Origin: the human T2T-CHM13v2.0 reference genome, Homo sapiens
Length of the DNA: 64,000 nucleotides
NCBI RefSeq assembly: GCF_009914755.1
Contig: NC_060928.1
Direction: 5' to 3' (one strand)
Part shown: piece by piece, positions 24,911 to 44,667 of the stretch
Position numbering within the stretch: the stretch's first letter is position 1
Layout of the letters: each line of letters starts with the position of its first letter
Translations under genes and position numbers: made by a program
The notes under the pieces: generated by a model
The model's database searches: none
Told to the model about the DNA's origin: nothing
What the model saw: the letters and a program-made list of their open reading frames with translations, nothing else

Positions 24911-25127
24911 GTCGCCCTTTTGTATTTTCAGATTTTGCCCAATGGGAAATTTGTTGCTATGGGGATCAGCACATGACAAATATTAGCAGATTTATGAGTG
25001 TAGTGTGATTCTGAAGTAAGAGGATATCTCCACAAGCCTCACAGGGTTATTTATCTCATTATTTTATAATCACACAGGTGCCTAATGATTTATTTTAATT
25101 TGTTTCTATGAATAGGCACTGTCATAA

Positions 25128-25463
<336 letters not shown>

Positions 25464-26000
25464 TCACCTCACTTTTTTCCCATTTTTTTAACGACTCAGG
25501 CTCCACACGTCACTCACTTTTTGGGCTCCTGCTTGGTTTTGTGAAACAATTTTCAGTCTGTGTCCTGAGGTCAATTCTACTCTCCCTTTCAAACATGATG
25601 CATTCTTTTGCAAACTCTCATCAGCATTAAGAACTCCTTACAAGTAGGCACAAAGTTCTACGACTGGCAATAAATATAAGATCAACTATGATTGGGTGCA
25701 TATACATGGACAGAAAAGGGCATTCTATCATAAGCATATTTTAATTAAGAAATATTTTAACTTGATTGAAAAAGTACTGTTCTTTTTATTATCTGTGAGC
25801 CTATGATGCATTATGAGATTTTATACTAATGTTGGTTATTATTATTAAAATAAATTCCTATCTGTAGTGGCTGATCTTTTTATTTTAATTGCAAAATATA
25901 GAAACTGAAGAAAGCGAGAACGACGAGGGAACCCACTATCCCATATTGGACAAGAACAACACCTTTCTGGAAGAGATTTTTTTTGGCTAGGGAATGTCTT

Positions 26001-26229
26001 TTTTTTTTTTTTTTTTTTTTTTGAGACAGAGTCTCGCTCTGTCGCCCAGGCTGGAGTGCAATGGTGCAATCTCAGCTCACTACAACAAACCGCCTCCTGG
26101 GTTTAAGCGATTTTCCTGCCTCAGCCTCCTGAGTAGCTGTGATTACAGGCGCATGCCACCATGTCTGGCTAATTTTTGTATTTTTAGTGGAGACGGGGTT
26201 TCACCATGTTGGTCAGGCTGGTCTAGAAC
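26001..26229 (-). mobile_element. 5'-truncated AluS
   Basis: Perfect TSD TTGGCTAGGGAATGTCTT at 25983-26000 and 26230-26247. Confidence 0.96.
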
Positions 26230-27932
26230 TTGGCTAGGGAATGTCTTATTACATTTACAAACATTCCTCTGAAGCTGCATCCAAAAGAGCACTGCAGACG
26301 AAGAGATGCCCATGTAGTTCATGTATTTCAACTCATCAAGGCAATTCTGTTGGTTCTTTGGGCCACCTGTTTCTAGAGCCTTCTTCCATTTTGACCATCT
26401 GCTCTAACATGCATACAATGTAGTGCTTAGGGACCAAGCAGTGAGAAACTGTTTGTTTAACACAAATCCATCCATATGATTGGAAAAGTACTCTGTGCAT
26501 ATTTCCATTAAGTTTCAGCTTTTTTTCCAACTATAATAAAGAGCTCTTTGTTATCATCACACAAATGTCTAATGCCATAAAGTATAGCTTAAAATTTTGC
26601 AAATACATTCCACCATTTAATATTTTCCCATGAATCTTTAATAATGAGATAAAGTTATAAAATATAGACACATAAAAAGCAAACATTTTCTTTTAGTTCC
26701 TCAGGTATTTCAACCTTTCTTATGCATTTATACAATGCTCTCTTTCTCTGGCCTGTTACACAAAATCCACATGTGCAAACACATAGACACACAGCATGCT
26801 GCAGCCTCAACCCTGGTTTCTTTCCAGCTTACTGTTTACTTCGGCAGGCATTAGCTGCCTCTACAGCAGAAGACCTTCACGTTTTTTTCACTCGTGTTGT
26901 ATTTTATTGGAGCTATCAAATTGCAGACCATTTTCTACCTATCCCTGATTCCAACAAGAAAAGAAAAAATCTGAATTATGTGAATAATGGAGATAGCTTT
27001 GATAAAAAAAATTACCTTCAATGAAGTATAATAACTTAAACTTTTTTACCAAATATCACAAATTATGTATTCTCAATAGAGACGTATGGATAAGCTATTA
27101 TGACATTAATAAGTGATCAGTTCCCAGAATTTGGAAGACTCTCATGGACCCCAGTGAACCCACAGACCACTGCATTAGGAAAGTCACTACTAGTAGTTGT
27201 TTCCTGTGAATTTCTCAGTTTTTCCCTTTGTCTTTGACCAAAATCTTCAGTTCCATTCTTCCATCAAAACTTTTCATGAAATATTTCTAACAAAAATACA
27301 CAAATTAAATTTTATATTCCAATAATACACTCAAATTTTAGATATTGAGAAACTAATAAGAAGTGATTGCAGGGGGGTTGGGAAAATAGAATTGATTTGT
27401 AAATGAATATATTTTATTTCATGAATAGCCATACTACCTCTAATGTAGACAGCAATAGCTATAAAATGATTCCTTTTATTTTCTATTTAACAGAGGCTCT
27501 TACATTCTCATTTCCTAATATTAATCTCCTCCATTATATAAATTTATTTTCACTGGTCCTTAAGTCCTGTATTCTTTTAAGATAAATGGTACCTTTAGTA
27601 ATCTATCTGGTTCCTTCTTAGGTATTCAATATTTTATACTAAAACATTGCTAAATGTATGAGATGGGAGTTCCATGAATAATGAGATGGGGAGACAAGAA
27701 ATGACCAGTGTTAACAAAAAATATTCAATTATTGAATTTTTTGATATAAAAATATGAAAAACAAGGTAAATAATTAAAATTTAGTAACAGACATGTGAGA
27801 TCTCTTTGAAAGAACTGAGATTACAGTATCTGGTGAGAAAATGGTTGATCTTGAACTTGAATAGACAATGAGCTATGATTTGAAATTATAGTTTTTTTTT
27901 CTTCAAAATAATGGGAAAAAGGAAATGGGAAT

Positions 27933-28345
27933 TATGTGTTAAGAAATGTTTTCAGATAGCAAGTGAATAGAAGCTGTCATTCCACATGAGTGCATTGTTC
28001 AGGAATCTGTTGCATATAATGATAAATAAAACTCAAACTGTCTTAAATAATGAAGACATATCACTGGCTTGGAAGATGTCTGCAAAGCCTTGATCAAGTG
28101 GCGCAATATTACTGAAGACAGATTTCTTCCATCTCTGTCTTCTACAGTATTTTGCTTCAATCCAAAACTGGCTTTAGCTTTCATCTAAAGCTCTGTTTCT
28201 GGTCACAAGACGGAGGCCAGTCGTTAGCAGGAGAGCCATGCTTCTAATCACACTCAGTAGGAAGAAAGGTTGTTTCTTCCAGTACGCTTCTTGGAAAAAC
28301 AATCCAACTTCTATTGGGGAAGTCCACAGAAAATGTCGCTACAAT
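27933..28345 (-). mobile_element. Old ERVL-type LTR fragments (LTR33-like)
   Basis: GCAAGTGAATAGAA, AACTCAAACTGTCTTAAATAA, TTCTTCCATCTCTGTC and CACAAGACGGAGGCC resemble antisense LTR33. Confidence 0.5.
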
Positions 28346-29351
28346 TTGCATTGGCCAAAACTGTTTTACGTTTCCAGGGGTGGAGGCGAGGGTTGGGGCA
28401 GCGGTCAGTTTCCATGAAGTACAGGTGTTTCATGGACAAGGGGTATCATGCAACTGGGGCTTAATTAACAGGATGTAAGAGGAAGGGATCTTGGGCAATC
28501 CCATTTGGCAAATATCTACCAGTGAGAGGCTATTTGATGAGATTCATCCTGGGTTTTGCTGCCAGCCCTGTAAACTCATCTGGGGAAAACTCCATTGCTG
28601 AGATTACTCAGTACAAGTTGCCTACCTTAAGTTGAGAAAGAATGGTAAATGTATCTATAATACTTACAATCAAAGGGTCCAACATCTTTAAAGCTAAGTT
28701 CATTATCTTCTTGTTTCTTTCTTTTTCTCCTCATTCAACCCTTGCCCTCAGACACCTATGCATAATTGGAGCAGAAACAAAAAATAGAGCAATAACATGG
28801 CATGACATTTCTGAATCCACACAATTCTTTCGGTATTGTTTTAATACTTTTCATATATATATATATATATATACACATATATATATGAAAAGAATAAAAA
28901 TATATAGAAATATACTTTATATATTTTTATTCTTTTCAGAGGTGATACATAAAGGAATTTGAGAAGCATATAAAAATTAGGTTGGTTGATTGTGGCAAAA
29001 TGGCTTTGAGCATTTGTTTATTTTACATTTACTAAATAGGGTATATGTTTTATGATTTTCTTATGATGCAGTGACAAACAATGCTGAATAGAAGTCTTCA
29101 AAGGGAGCTTAATTGCTTTCACCTTTCCGTGATTCTATTTGCAAACCCCTTCATCATTGTACTAAAAAACATTTATGTTTTCTGGTAACTGTCTCAAACC
29201 CTTCCCGTTTTCAAAGAATCTCTATGGGGTTAAAAGAACTAGATATTCCTTCTTCTTGGCATCAAGGGAATCAGCAGAACTGACATCAACTAGGCTCTGG
29301 CAGTGCAGGTTTCTACTTCAGACTTTTGAATATTAACATGGGGATTTAAAT

Positions 29352-29530
29352 ATAAGATAGCTAATACGTATGTACTTCTGATTATGTTGCAGACTATGTT
29401 CTAAATGGTCTCATTTAATTCTTACCACAACTTTATGTAATAGAGACTTCTATTTTCCACATTTTTAAGATGCAGAAACTGAAGTCCAAAGATGAAAGAC
29501 CAGTTAATACAGTATTAGTAATGGCAATAA
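29352..29530 (-). mobile_element. MIR
   Basis: TCTCATTTAATTCTTACCACAAC...TTTAAGATGCAGAAACTGAAG. Confidence 0.75.
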
Positions 29531-29897
29531 GCTTTGAAAATCTCCTGAGAAAAAGGGAAGCATGACCCAAGATCCAGGAAGTGCATTTCCACGTCCAACC
29601 ATGCTGGAGTAACTCTCTACAAGCAACTCTAAAACTAAACTCTAAAAGCATATATGGATAAATGGTTTTCTGGCATTGGACAATAGGATCACATGCTTTA
29701 TGCGATTTCTGAGAGAACGGGGCTCTAGGAGATGAGATGCGTGGCTGCCCCACTCTCAGCCTGGAATGATTTCCTAACCAAAACACAAGGAGTTGAAGTC
29801 CAGGCAGAGAACTATGGTCTCATTGGGATGAGAAGTGGAGATCAGAATCTGAGGCTGCTGAAGGGGCTGCTATCTGCAGGGCAACGGACCGAGGAGA

Positions 29898-31476
29898 TTC
29901 AATACTGACATGATGTCTGTTCTCCAAAAATCTATACACTCAATGCAATTCGAATCAAAATTCCAACTGACTTTTTAAAAATTGGCAAATTGCTTCTAAA
30001 TGTTGTATGAAATCAAATGACCTAGAAAATTCAGCAATTCTGAAAAAAAAGAAGTAACTACAAAGTTGGAAGATTTAACCTACTTGACTTCAAAATTTAT
30101 TGTAGGGCTGCAGTAAACAAAATACTTAATGTTGCATAGGATCAATTAAATACACCAGAGTCCAAAGTGTGCCCACACATATGGGCAATTGATTTTTTTA
30201 TAAAAGCACCAAAGTAATTTAATAAGGGGGAAATGGTCTATTTTCAACAAATAGTGATAGAATAGTTAGACATCTGTATGATTACGAACAAAAATGAACC
30301 CTGAATAGGGTAGCATGCTCCCTCACACTAACACAGTAATTAATTTCAAATAGATCATAGAATTCAATGTAAATGCCAAAACAAGAAAGCTTTAGAAAGG
30401 AAACACAGAGGAAAAACGTCTTTGACCTTGATATAGGTAAAGATTTCTTAGAGAATACTTAAAAAGCATGAAACACTTTTAAAATGATGAAATAGACTTT
30501 AAATTAATTCTGCTCTTAAAAATACTATGAAGAAAATGAAAAATCCAGCTGGACTGGAAAATATCTGTAAATATGTATCTAACAAAGTGCTGATGTCCAG
30601 AATATAAAGAGAATTTTTACAACTCAATGGTGAAATAAATAACCCAATTACAAAATTGTCAAAGGGCTTAAAATAGATGCAACAAAACAGAAGATAAAGA
30701 TCAATAAACACATGAAAATATCCTCAATATCCTAATTTACCAGTAAAATACAAATTATAATAAAATGACATACTACTTACCCACTGGAAAGGATAAACTT
30801 AAAAACTGACAATATGAAATATTGGTAAGAATATGGAGTACCTGGAGCTGTCATACACTGCAAGTGAAATGATGAAATGATGTAACACCTGAAAACTGCT
30901 TGTTAGTTTCCTGTAAAGTTAAACAGATACTTACAACATTGTACAGCAATTCAACTTCTGTATATTACCTAAGAGAAAACATATATACATATGTCCATAC
31001 AAAGGCCTATACAAGAATGTTGACAGCAGCATTATTCTTAATGGCCTGAAAGTGGAAACCAGTGCAAATGTCCATCAACTGATGGATGCATAAACAAATT
31101 ATGCAATATTTATATGATAGAATACTATTCAGCACTAAAGAACAACCAACTGAGATGCTCAACAACACTGATCAATCTCAAAATGTAATGCTAAGTGAAA
31201 AACAGCGAAACACAAAGACTCCGTTAGTGTATCTTTCCATTCATAAGTCATTCTAAATAGGCAAAGTTAATCTGAAGTGATAGAACTAGATCAGTAGTTG
31301 CCAGGAGTGGGAGACTAGGGATTGTAAAGGGAGTGTTCTGGGGGATGAAAATGTTTTGTGTCTTGACCATGATGGTAGTTATGGAGGTACACATGGTTAT
31401 CAAAACTTGTCAAACTATACATTAAAATTGTGTATATTAGTCTATGTAAATTAGACAGCAAGAAAGCTAAATTTTT
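29898..31476 (+). mobile_element. Old L1M (L1MC/MD/ME) ORF2 end and 3' UTR
   Basis: CTCAATGCAATTCGAATCAAAATTCC, CAAATGTCCATCAACTGATGGATGCATAAACAAA, GGGGATGAAAATGTTTTGTGTCTTGA. Confidence 0.88.
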
Positions 31477-31589
31477 ACAAATATCAGGACTAACCCTGGA
31501 GTCTTGCATCCATTGGCAAGAATATCAAGCATCCTATGGGAACCATTGTAACCACAATTTTCCAATGGCTTGATCTTGGCTGAGTTTGC

Positions 31590-31745
31590 AACTCCTTTGG
31601 TTCTTGTCCTGCTTTAGAGCCTGAATTCCCAGGCTTCACTTTGTTTCTGTAAGCTCGCCAATGCTTTCACTTTATTATTATTTGCTTAAGTTGGTCAGGG
31701 TGAGTATCTGTTGACTGCCTACTAGTAGGCCTATCTCCAGATATA
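31590..31745 (+). mobile_element. Old ERVL/MaLR LTR 3' fragment
   Basis: TTTGCTTAAGTTGGTCAGGGTGAGTATCTGTTGACTGC resembles LTR16/LTR33/MLT ends. Confidence 0.4.
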
Positions 31746-32299
31746 TAGGAGCAGAGTGACATAGGCTCTTGATATGGAAAATTACAGTCTGCTTTTTAAA
31801 CACCTAACTCTTAACAGTAATGTGTTGTTTGATCTTCAACAAATTTTTTCCCTACTATGTGATGCAGTCTCCTAATTTGGTAAGCATGCCTAATTTCCCA
31901 TGCAAGTCTTCATTAGTACAATGTCCTCTGCATGTTGATTGACTGAAAGCTTTATCCCTTATAAAGGCCCAACTGTATGAGTAATAAGTGACCAGTGAAA
32001 AAATAAGTTGGTAATTTACAGTATTTTCATTCCAACTTATCCTACTTTCCTTATGGAATGAAAATAAACTGTATGTATATATGCACCATTTGAAAACATC
32101 TTGTTTTGTTCATCAATGTTATAGGAAGTCACAATTTAGACTTTAAAAACATAATTGAAATACTGATTTACAAGGTAAAATTATGTAAGAAATATCACTG
32201 AGCATCTCCTTAGTTTCAAATTAAATGGGATCTAGTTAATACTTTTCTTTCTTTGGAGACACATGTTCTACATCTTAAATGTTTTTGAATGTTCATTAC

Positions 32300-32504
32300 T
32301 TAATTCAACAAGTAAAAAAACAAATAAACCAATTAAAAAGTAGGCAAAGGACATGAATGGATACTTCTAAAAAGAAGAATACAAGTGACCAACAAACATG
32401 AAAAAATGATCAACATCACTAATCATCACAGAAATGCAAATCAAAACAACAATGAGATTCCATCTTACAACGGTCACAACAGTTATCATTAAAAAGTTAA
32501 AAAA
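32300..32504 (+). mobile_element. Older L1 (L1PA16/L1PB-like), left part
   Basis: AAAAAGTAGGCAAAGGACATGAA...GAAATGCAAATCAAAACAACAATGAGA, continuing in order at 38473. Confidence 0.85.
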
Positions 32505-33100
32505 CTCTCTAGATTCCTCCTGTCTGGACAGGGCATCTCTGAAAGAAAGGCAGCAGCCCCAGTCAGGGGCCTATAGATAAAACTCCCATCTCCCCGAGAC
32601 AGAGCACCTCTGGGAAGGGGCGGCTGTGGGTGCAGCTTCAGCAGACTTAAACGTTCCTGGCAGCCAGCTCTGAAGAGAGCAGCAGATCTCCCAGCACAGT
32701 GCTTGACCTCTGCTAAGGGACAGACTGCCTCCTCAAGTGGGTCCCTGACCCCTGTGCCTCCTAACTGGGAGACACCTCCCAGCAGGGGTCGACAGACGCC
32801 TCATACAGGAGAGCTCCAGCTGGAATCTGGTGGGTGCCCCTCTGGGATGAAGCTTCCAGAGGAAGGAATAGGCAGCAATCTTTGCGTTCTGCAGCCTCCA
32901 CTGGTGATACCCAGGCAAACAGGGTCTGGAGTGGACCTCCAGCAAACTCCAGAAGACCTGCAGCAGAGGGGCCTGACTGTTAGAAGAAAAACTAACAAAG
33001 AGAAAGGAAAAGCATCAACATCAACAAAAAGGACATCCACACAGAAACTCCATCCGAAGGTCACCAACATCAAAGACCAAAGGTAGATAAATCCACAAAG

Positions 33101-34128
33101 ATGAGGAAAAACCAGCGCAAAACAGCTCAAAATCCCAAAAATCAGATTGCCTCTTCTCTTCCAAAGTATCATAACTCCTCACCAGCAATGGAACAAAGCT
33201 GGACAGAGAATGATTTTGACAAACTGACAGAAGTAGGCTTCAGAAGGTGGCTAATAACAAACTCCTCCAAGCTAAAGGAGCGTGTTCTAACCCAATGCAA
33301 GGAAGCTAAGAACCTTGAAAAAGGGTTAAACAAATTGCTAACTAGAATAACCAGTTTAGAGAAGAGCATAAATGACCTGATGGAGCTGAAAAACACAGCA
33401 TGAGAATTTCGTGAAGCATACACAAGTATCAATAGCTGAATCGATCAAGCATTAGAAAGGATATCAGAAATTGAAGATCAACTTAATCAAATAAAGTGTG
33501 ATGACAACATTAGAGAAAAAAGAATGAAAAGGAATGAACAAAGCCTCCAAGAAATAAGGGACTATGTGAAAAGACCAAACCTACGTTTGATTGGTGTACC
33601 TGAAGGTGACAGGGAGAATGGAACCAAGTTGGAAAACACTCTCTTCAGGATATTATCCAGGAGAACTTCCCCAGCCTAGCAAAACAGGCCAATGTTCAAA
33701 TTCAGGAAATACGGAGAACACCACAAAGATACTCCTCCAGAAGAGCAACCCCAAGACACATAATCATCAGATTCACCAAGGTTGAAATGAAGGCAAAAGT
33801 GTTAAGGGTAGCCAGAGAGAAAGGTTGGATTACCGACAAAGGGAAGCCCATCAGACTAATAGCAGATCTCTCTGCAGAAACCCTACAAGCCAGAAGACAG
33901 TGGGGGCCAATATTCAACATTGTTAAAGAAACGAATTTTCAACCCAGATTTTCATATCCAGCCAAACTAAGCTTCATAAGTGAAGGAGAAATAAAATCCT
34001 ATACAGACAAACAAATGCTGAGAGACTTTGTTACCACCAGGCCTGTCTTACAAGAGCTCATGAAGGAAGCACTAAATATGGGAAGGAAAAAACGGTACCA
34101 GCCACTGCAAAAACATACCAAATTGTAA
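33101..34128 (+). pseudogene. L1 ORF1 remnant (stops and frameshifts)
   Basis: MRKNQRK... start and ...KGKPIRLIADLSAETLQARRQWGPIF...YPAKLSF...YQPLQKHTKL end, fragmented in the ORF track. Confidence 0.92.
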
Positions 34129-34191
34129 AGACCATTGACATTATGAAGAAACGGCATCAACTAATGGGAAAAATAACCAGCTAGCATCATA

Positions 34192-38258
<4,067 letters not shown>

Positions 38259-38472
38259 ACAATGCGAACACATGGACACAGGGAGGGGAACGTCACACAC
38301 CAAGGCCTGTTGTGGGGTGGGGGGCTAGAGGAGGGAGAGCATTAGGAGAAATACCTAATGTAGATGACAGGGTGATGGGTGCAGCAAACCACCATGGCAC
38401 GTGTAGACCTATGTAACAAACCTGCACATTCTGCACATGTATCCCAGAACTGAAAGTATAATTTAAAAAAAA

Positions 38473-39140
38473 TGTAAATAATTACAAATACTGGCCAAGC
38501 TGCAAAGAAAGGGGAACACTTATAAATGGTTGGTGGGAATGTAACCTAGTTCAGTTACTGTGAAAAACAGTTTGGAGGCTTAAAACAGGTCTACTATTTG
38601 ACCCAGAAATACCATTAACTGGGTATATACCCAAGGGAAAATAAATTATTCTACCAAAAAGCCAGGTACATTTGCATGTTAATTGAGTCACTATTTATAG
38701 CAAAGACATGGAATCAACCTAGGTGCCAATCAACAGTGGATTGAATAAAGAAAATGTGGCACATATACACCATGGAATACTACACAGCCATACAAAATAA
38801 TGGAATTGTGAACTTTGCAGCAACATGGATGCAGCTGGAGGCCATTATCTGAAGCAAATTAATGCAGGAAAAGAAAACCAAATACTACATGTTCTCTTTA
38901 TAAGTGAAAGCTAAACATTGGAAACTCAAGGAAATACAGATGGTAACAATAGACGCTGGGGACTAATAGAGGGGGAAGGGAGAGGGAAGGGTTGAAAAAC
39001 TAACTTTTGGGTTCTAGCTTCAATATGTGGGTGATGGAATCATCCGCACCTCAAACCTCAGCATCACACAATATACCCACATAACAAACCTGCATATATA
39101 ACACCCTGAATCTAAAATAAAAGTTGAAAATAAATAAACA
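38473..39140 (+). mobile_element. Older L1 (L1PA16/L1PB-like), right part and 3' UTR
   Basis: Ends CAAACCTCAGCATCACACAATATACCC...CTGAATCTAAAATAAAAGTTG. Confidence 0.88.
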
Positions 39141-39910
39141 AGTGAGCATAATACCTAAATGAACTTTTAAGAACCAAGCAAAAATAGAAAATAAATGAAA
39201 ATGTTCATTGATTTTTAAATGCTCACTGAAGAAGACATAATTTTGATAATATTATCACATAACTCTAGTGGAATTTAAGATCTTATTACATCATGAATAT
39301 ATCATTTCTAAATTTTGATTGTATATATTACAAAATAAAGATATTCATTTAATTTAAAGAGTCCTATAAACGCAGGAAATTTTCTTGATTTTATTTTTTA
39401 TTTCATTGTCTAGATAAATTTCATAATATAACCAAACAAATTACATGTTTAAAATGAAAGCATTCTTACGATACTCAATTGCTGTATACTTATAGTCATC
39501 ATGCTGGTTCCTAATGATCTGACAGTCTGTCAAAAAAAATGAAAATAGTCATTAGAACATTCCCTTTCCTTTCAAACTTAGATTGTAACAATTATAATGC
39601 CATGAAAGTAAGTCATCCAATCCCAGAAGACAACATGCATGCATAATTTAAAATAATAGGCCATAGTATGTTGTTTGGTCTAATTAGTGTCATAAATAGT
39701 GCACAACAATAACTGGATTTACAAGAAAAATTTTAAGCTATTAAAGAGATTTTGGGCATCATACAAATGATAAAATAGAGGGGATTTTGGAATCTGGACA
39801 GCTGCTAGAGATGTGAAAGGAAATGAGATATCATGAGTGTGTCAGATTTCACGTATTCATTGAGAGGCATGAAATACATTTTTGGTGAGCTGCACATTTG
39901 TCCATGCTTT

Positions 39911-40288
<378 letters not shown>

Positions 40289-40620
40289 TGAGACTTCAAC
40301 TAAAAATCTTATCTTTTAAAATATGGAGTAAGAGGGAGAACAGCAAACACAATGAATGGCTTACTCAACTTCTCTTCAACTTCATTTTGATAGTGTATGT
40401 ATTGTTTTGAAGATATTTTTCCTTTTTTGTGTTGGTTTTAATAAAAAGTGTTTAACTGTGTACATTGGGATCAATAATATCTTATTTATAAAAATTAGAC
40501 ATCTCTATTACAGATTCTTGCTGTCTGGCATGTAAGAATGATTTCAGGATCTTTATCAGGCCAGTTGTGAAGACCTTCATAGCCATTATTTTTCATCTAA
40601 CATTTAAAAAATTGTTATTA

Positions 40621-41230
<610 letters not shown>

Positions 41231-42119
41231 TTATTTACATATTACATAGTAATACAATTAACTATTTTGGTCTTCTTAATATAGCACTTTGTCGTAACAT
41301 TACGTCAATGACTAAAACAGGTTTTGGAAAGAATTAGCATTCTGCTGAGGCAGACTTGACTGCAGACTGAGAAGAATAACGTATATAAAATTACTACTAA
41401 ATGCCTTCCTAGGGTCAAAATAATGACAGATGTTAAAAATGCATGCCAGTGTAAAATTCTCAGATTAATTTCCAGAAAATTAAGTAAACACTATAGCTGC
41501 ATATAAATCTTTGGAACTGTTCTTATTGACCTTTCATCTGTCTTTGCTGATATCTCCAAATTGACACTACTTGCCATGGTCTCTAAATTGTATAAATGCA
41601 ATTTGGCTTGAATGAGCATGGGAAATCCCCACCAAGTTGCAAGTTAGGGAAATGTGTCAAAATATTTCATAAGTAAAAGGACTATGAAAGCTGGTCCACT
41701 GAGGGATCCTAATGGAGCTCCGGCCAACCTCCTCCCCAGTAAGATGGCCAGGGCAGTGTGCCCACAGGACTCCAAGTGTTCTGAAGTGCCTGCAGTATAT
41801 CTGGGGGTGTCTGGCTTCCTTTTGTATTGAGAAGTGACATTTTGCATTATGGGATGAGTAAATCGAGCCTCACCATAGTTTGGATCAGCCTATCTGAAGT
41901 AATCAGTGTCCTTATGCTACGAGTACATAAAGATGATCAGTGCAGCCCAGCTATTCCATTGTGCCTCAACATGTCATTCTGTTCAGAGCAGAGTCTCTCT
42001 AGAAGCTCAGCCTGTCTGGCTGTCACTACAGCTCGGCCCATTGGGAGATGTACATGAAGCATGAACACCCACATCTTCTCCCAGTTGAAATGCATCCAAA
42101 TGGAGGCCATTTTCTAGGC

Positions 42120-42424
42120 CGGGGGTTGTCAGCTCCCTGGGTGGCAAACCGGTACACATAGCAGGAGGTGAGCAGGAATAAGGAAGCATTCCTGCCTGAA
42201 CTCTGCCTCCTGTCAGATTGGAGGTGGGATTACATTCTCATAGGAGCGCGAACCCTATTGTGAACTGTGCATGTGAGGGACCTAGGCTGTGTGTTCCTTA
42301 TGAGAATCAAATGCCTGATGATCTGAGTGAAATAGTTTCATCCTGAAACCATCCTCCACCCCCTTCATGGAAAAATTGTCTTTCACAAAACTGGTCCCTG
42401 GAGCCAAAAGGTTGGGGACCAATG
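42120..42424 (+). mobile_element. MER1B (hAT-Charlie)
   Basis: TTCTCATAGGAGCGCGAACCCTATTGTGAACTG...GGTTGGGGACC. 8-bp TSD TTCTAGGC / GTCTAGGT. Confidence 0.92.
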
Positions 42425-42699
42425 GTCTAGGTGACATCAAAGTGAGACAGTGGGAACCACTGTCTCAGCAACAGCCCTCTGACTTGTGGATGCTTCCAAA
42501 GAGCCTTCACTTTGTGTAAAGGGTCATCTTCCCTTCCCTTTCCCCACATGGCCTCTACTCCTGCCCTGCAAATCCTATCTATGATGGTCCATGACCTGGG
42601 AAGATGGGAGAGGGAACCCCAGGAGAGATCCCCACTATCCAACTCCAAGGACGTCTGACGTTTGTGGAACACTAAGATTATGAAAGAGAAACAACACTG

Positions 42700-43070
42700 C
42701 AGTGAGGACCGCTGATTCTGGGGCAAATAAAAATAATGAAGTGAGAAATGAAGAACCTTGAACAATTCTAATTCCTTAAGAGATGTGAGAACATACATTA
42801 CCATAAAATAGGTAGAGGTTGCAATGAGGAAGGACTCATCAGAGACTAAGAAACAACTCTTGGAAATTAAAATAAGGCTGTCAGGTAACTACCCATGAAG
42901 CTGAATTCCACACTAGTCAGCTGGAAAAAAAAATTTTTTTTAAAGTACAGAAAATTTCACAGAATACAAAATAAAAAGGCAAACAGATAATATGAAACAA
43001 ACGGTAAGAGAAATGGAGGCTAGACCCAGATGGTCCAATAAATATCTAATACAGGTGTTTGAAGGACAGA
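42700..43070 (+). mobile_element. HAL1 / old L1 ORF1-like fragment
   Basis: AAGAAACAACTCTTGGAAATTAAAA...AGAAATGGAGG...GGTCCAA...CTAATACAGGTG. Confidence 0.55.
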
Positions 43071-43736
43071 CCTGTGGCAGCTGAAGAGCCTTTCTTCTCC
43101 AATAATTAAAACATAAGTCCTGGGATTCAGTCTCACTGGACTAACTTGAATTGTAACCCTATCCTTGAAGCAATTACTGTACCAGAAATATGGAGAAAAC
43201 ATGAAAGTGATATATTGATTTTCAAATGTTAAGATGGCTTAAAGACAGAACAAATACGTAAAAATTTATGGATCTGAATGCAAATGTTATCAGTCTTGCC
43301 TATGTAAATATAAAGTTGCAGTTTACATAAGATGAGAAAAAGAACTACATAAGATATGTGTAGAGAATAGGTTCCTAAAATTGAAGCTTCAAGTGATGCT
43401 TAAAATTGTCAAAAACAGAAAACCATTTATGTACCTTATTTAAAGGTACTATAATATTAACTGAAGAACTAAAATAACTTTCCTTAATTTAAGAAGAGGG
43501 ACTGTCAAGCTAAATCCCTCCTCTTATGTAGAAGAGAATCAACAGTTAGTACCTAAAGCTGATAAACTGAAGAAGTATGTTATTTACAATTACAGTAGGG
43601 AACACCAGCAGAATTTAAAAGAGAAATTATTACAAGTTCTCTCTGGAGAGTTGGATTTGGTTTCAAAATGGATTGAGGGGATTCTATTAGCTTTTATTTC
43701 ATACCCTTCTCTATTTTTAAAAAAACAATTTGCATG

Positions 43737-44072
43737 TAGTCAGCCCTCTGTATCTGTGGGCTCCACATCCATGGATTCAACCAACCGTGGACAGAAAATA
43801 TTCAGAGGGAAAAAAAATTGAATCTGTACCGAATATGTACAGATGTTTTTCCTTCTTGTTATTTCCTAAACGACACAGCATAACAACTATTTATGTAGCA
43901 TTTACATTGTATTAGGTATTATAAGTAATCTAGAAATAAAGTATAAAAAGGGTGTGCATGGGTTATATGCAAATATTACACCATTTTCTATATCAGGGAC
44001 TTGAGCATCCCAGGATTTTGGTGTCCCTAGGTGTCCTGGAACCAGTCCTCCATGGATACCTAGGGACAATTG
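43737..44072 (-). mobile_element. MER2 (TcMar-Tigger)
   Basis: TAGTCAGCCCTCTGTATCTGTGG...CATTGTATTAGGTATTATAAGTAATCTAGA...GTCCTGGAACCAGTCCTCCATGGATACCTAGGGACAATTG, followed by TA. Confidence 0.92.
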
Positions 44073-44281
44073 TATTATTTTGTGATACAAATGTGTGCAT
44101 AAATACATGAGTAAAATATGTAATTATAAAGCTAGAAAACTTTAGATTATCTTAGAATAGTATCTGTAAACATTTAAATGATATTACTATGTATATACAT
44201 AAAACATTGCGTGAGCTTGGGAAATATACATATTTTTGCACTTGTAAGAACTGTTAAGAGGTGGAAAATATTTTTCTATTC

Positions 44282-44667
44282 TAGCAGTTGACAGTTTCTT
44301 TCTGTAAAGGGCCAGACAGTAAATATTTAGGGCTTCGTGATCATAAGGAACAATTCAGGGCATTATGTATGTACATATATAACCAGGGAAAAAAATCCCA
44401 CAATTTGTATTGTCAAAATTTAGAATATGATAAAAATTGACTATGATTTTGTCATAATACAAATTTACTAATGAGAAGAACAAAAACCTTTTTTGAGGGG
44501 AAAGGTGATAATATTTTGTTTAGTTGCGGTTCAAAGTGAGTGTTCTCTCTTGTCAACCCAGTTTTAACATTCATCTGTAAAGACAGACTCATTTGTGGGC
44601 CGTAAAAAAAAACACACGTGCTGGACCGGATTTTGTTCATGGGCTACATGTAGTTCGCCGACTGCCG
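44282..44667 (+). mobile_element. MER58-family (hAT-Charlie) element
   Basis: TTCTGTAAAGGGCCAGACAGTAAATATTTAGG start, TAGTTCGCCGAC end. 8-bp TSD TTCTATTC / CTCTATTT. Confidence 0.85.

Noticed and set aside
25901-25990. Protein-like frame ETEESENDEGTHYPILDKNNTFLEEIFFG as a terminal coding exon
   Set aside because: Weak acceptor, short, not recognised as a known protein, and no supporting upstream coding exons.
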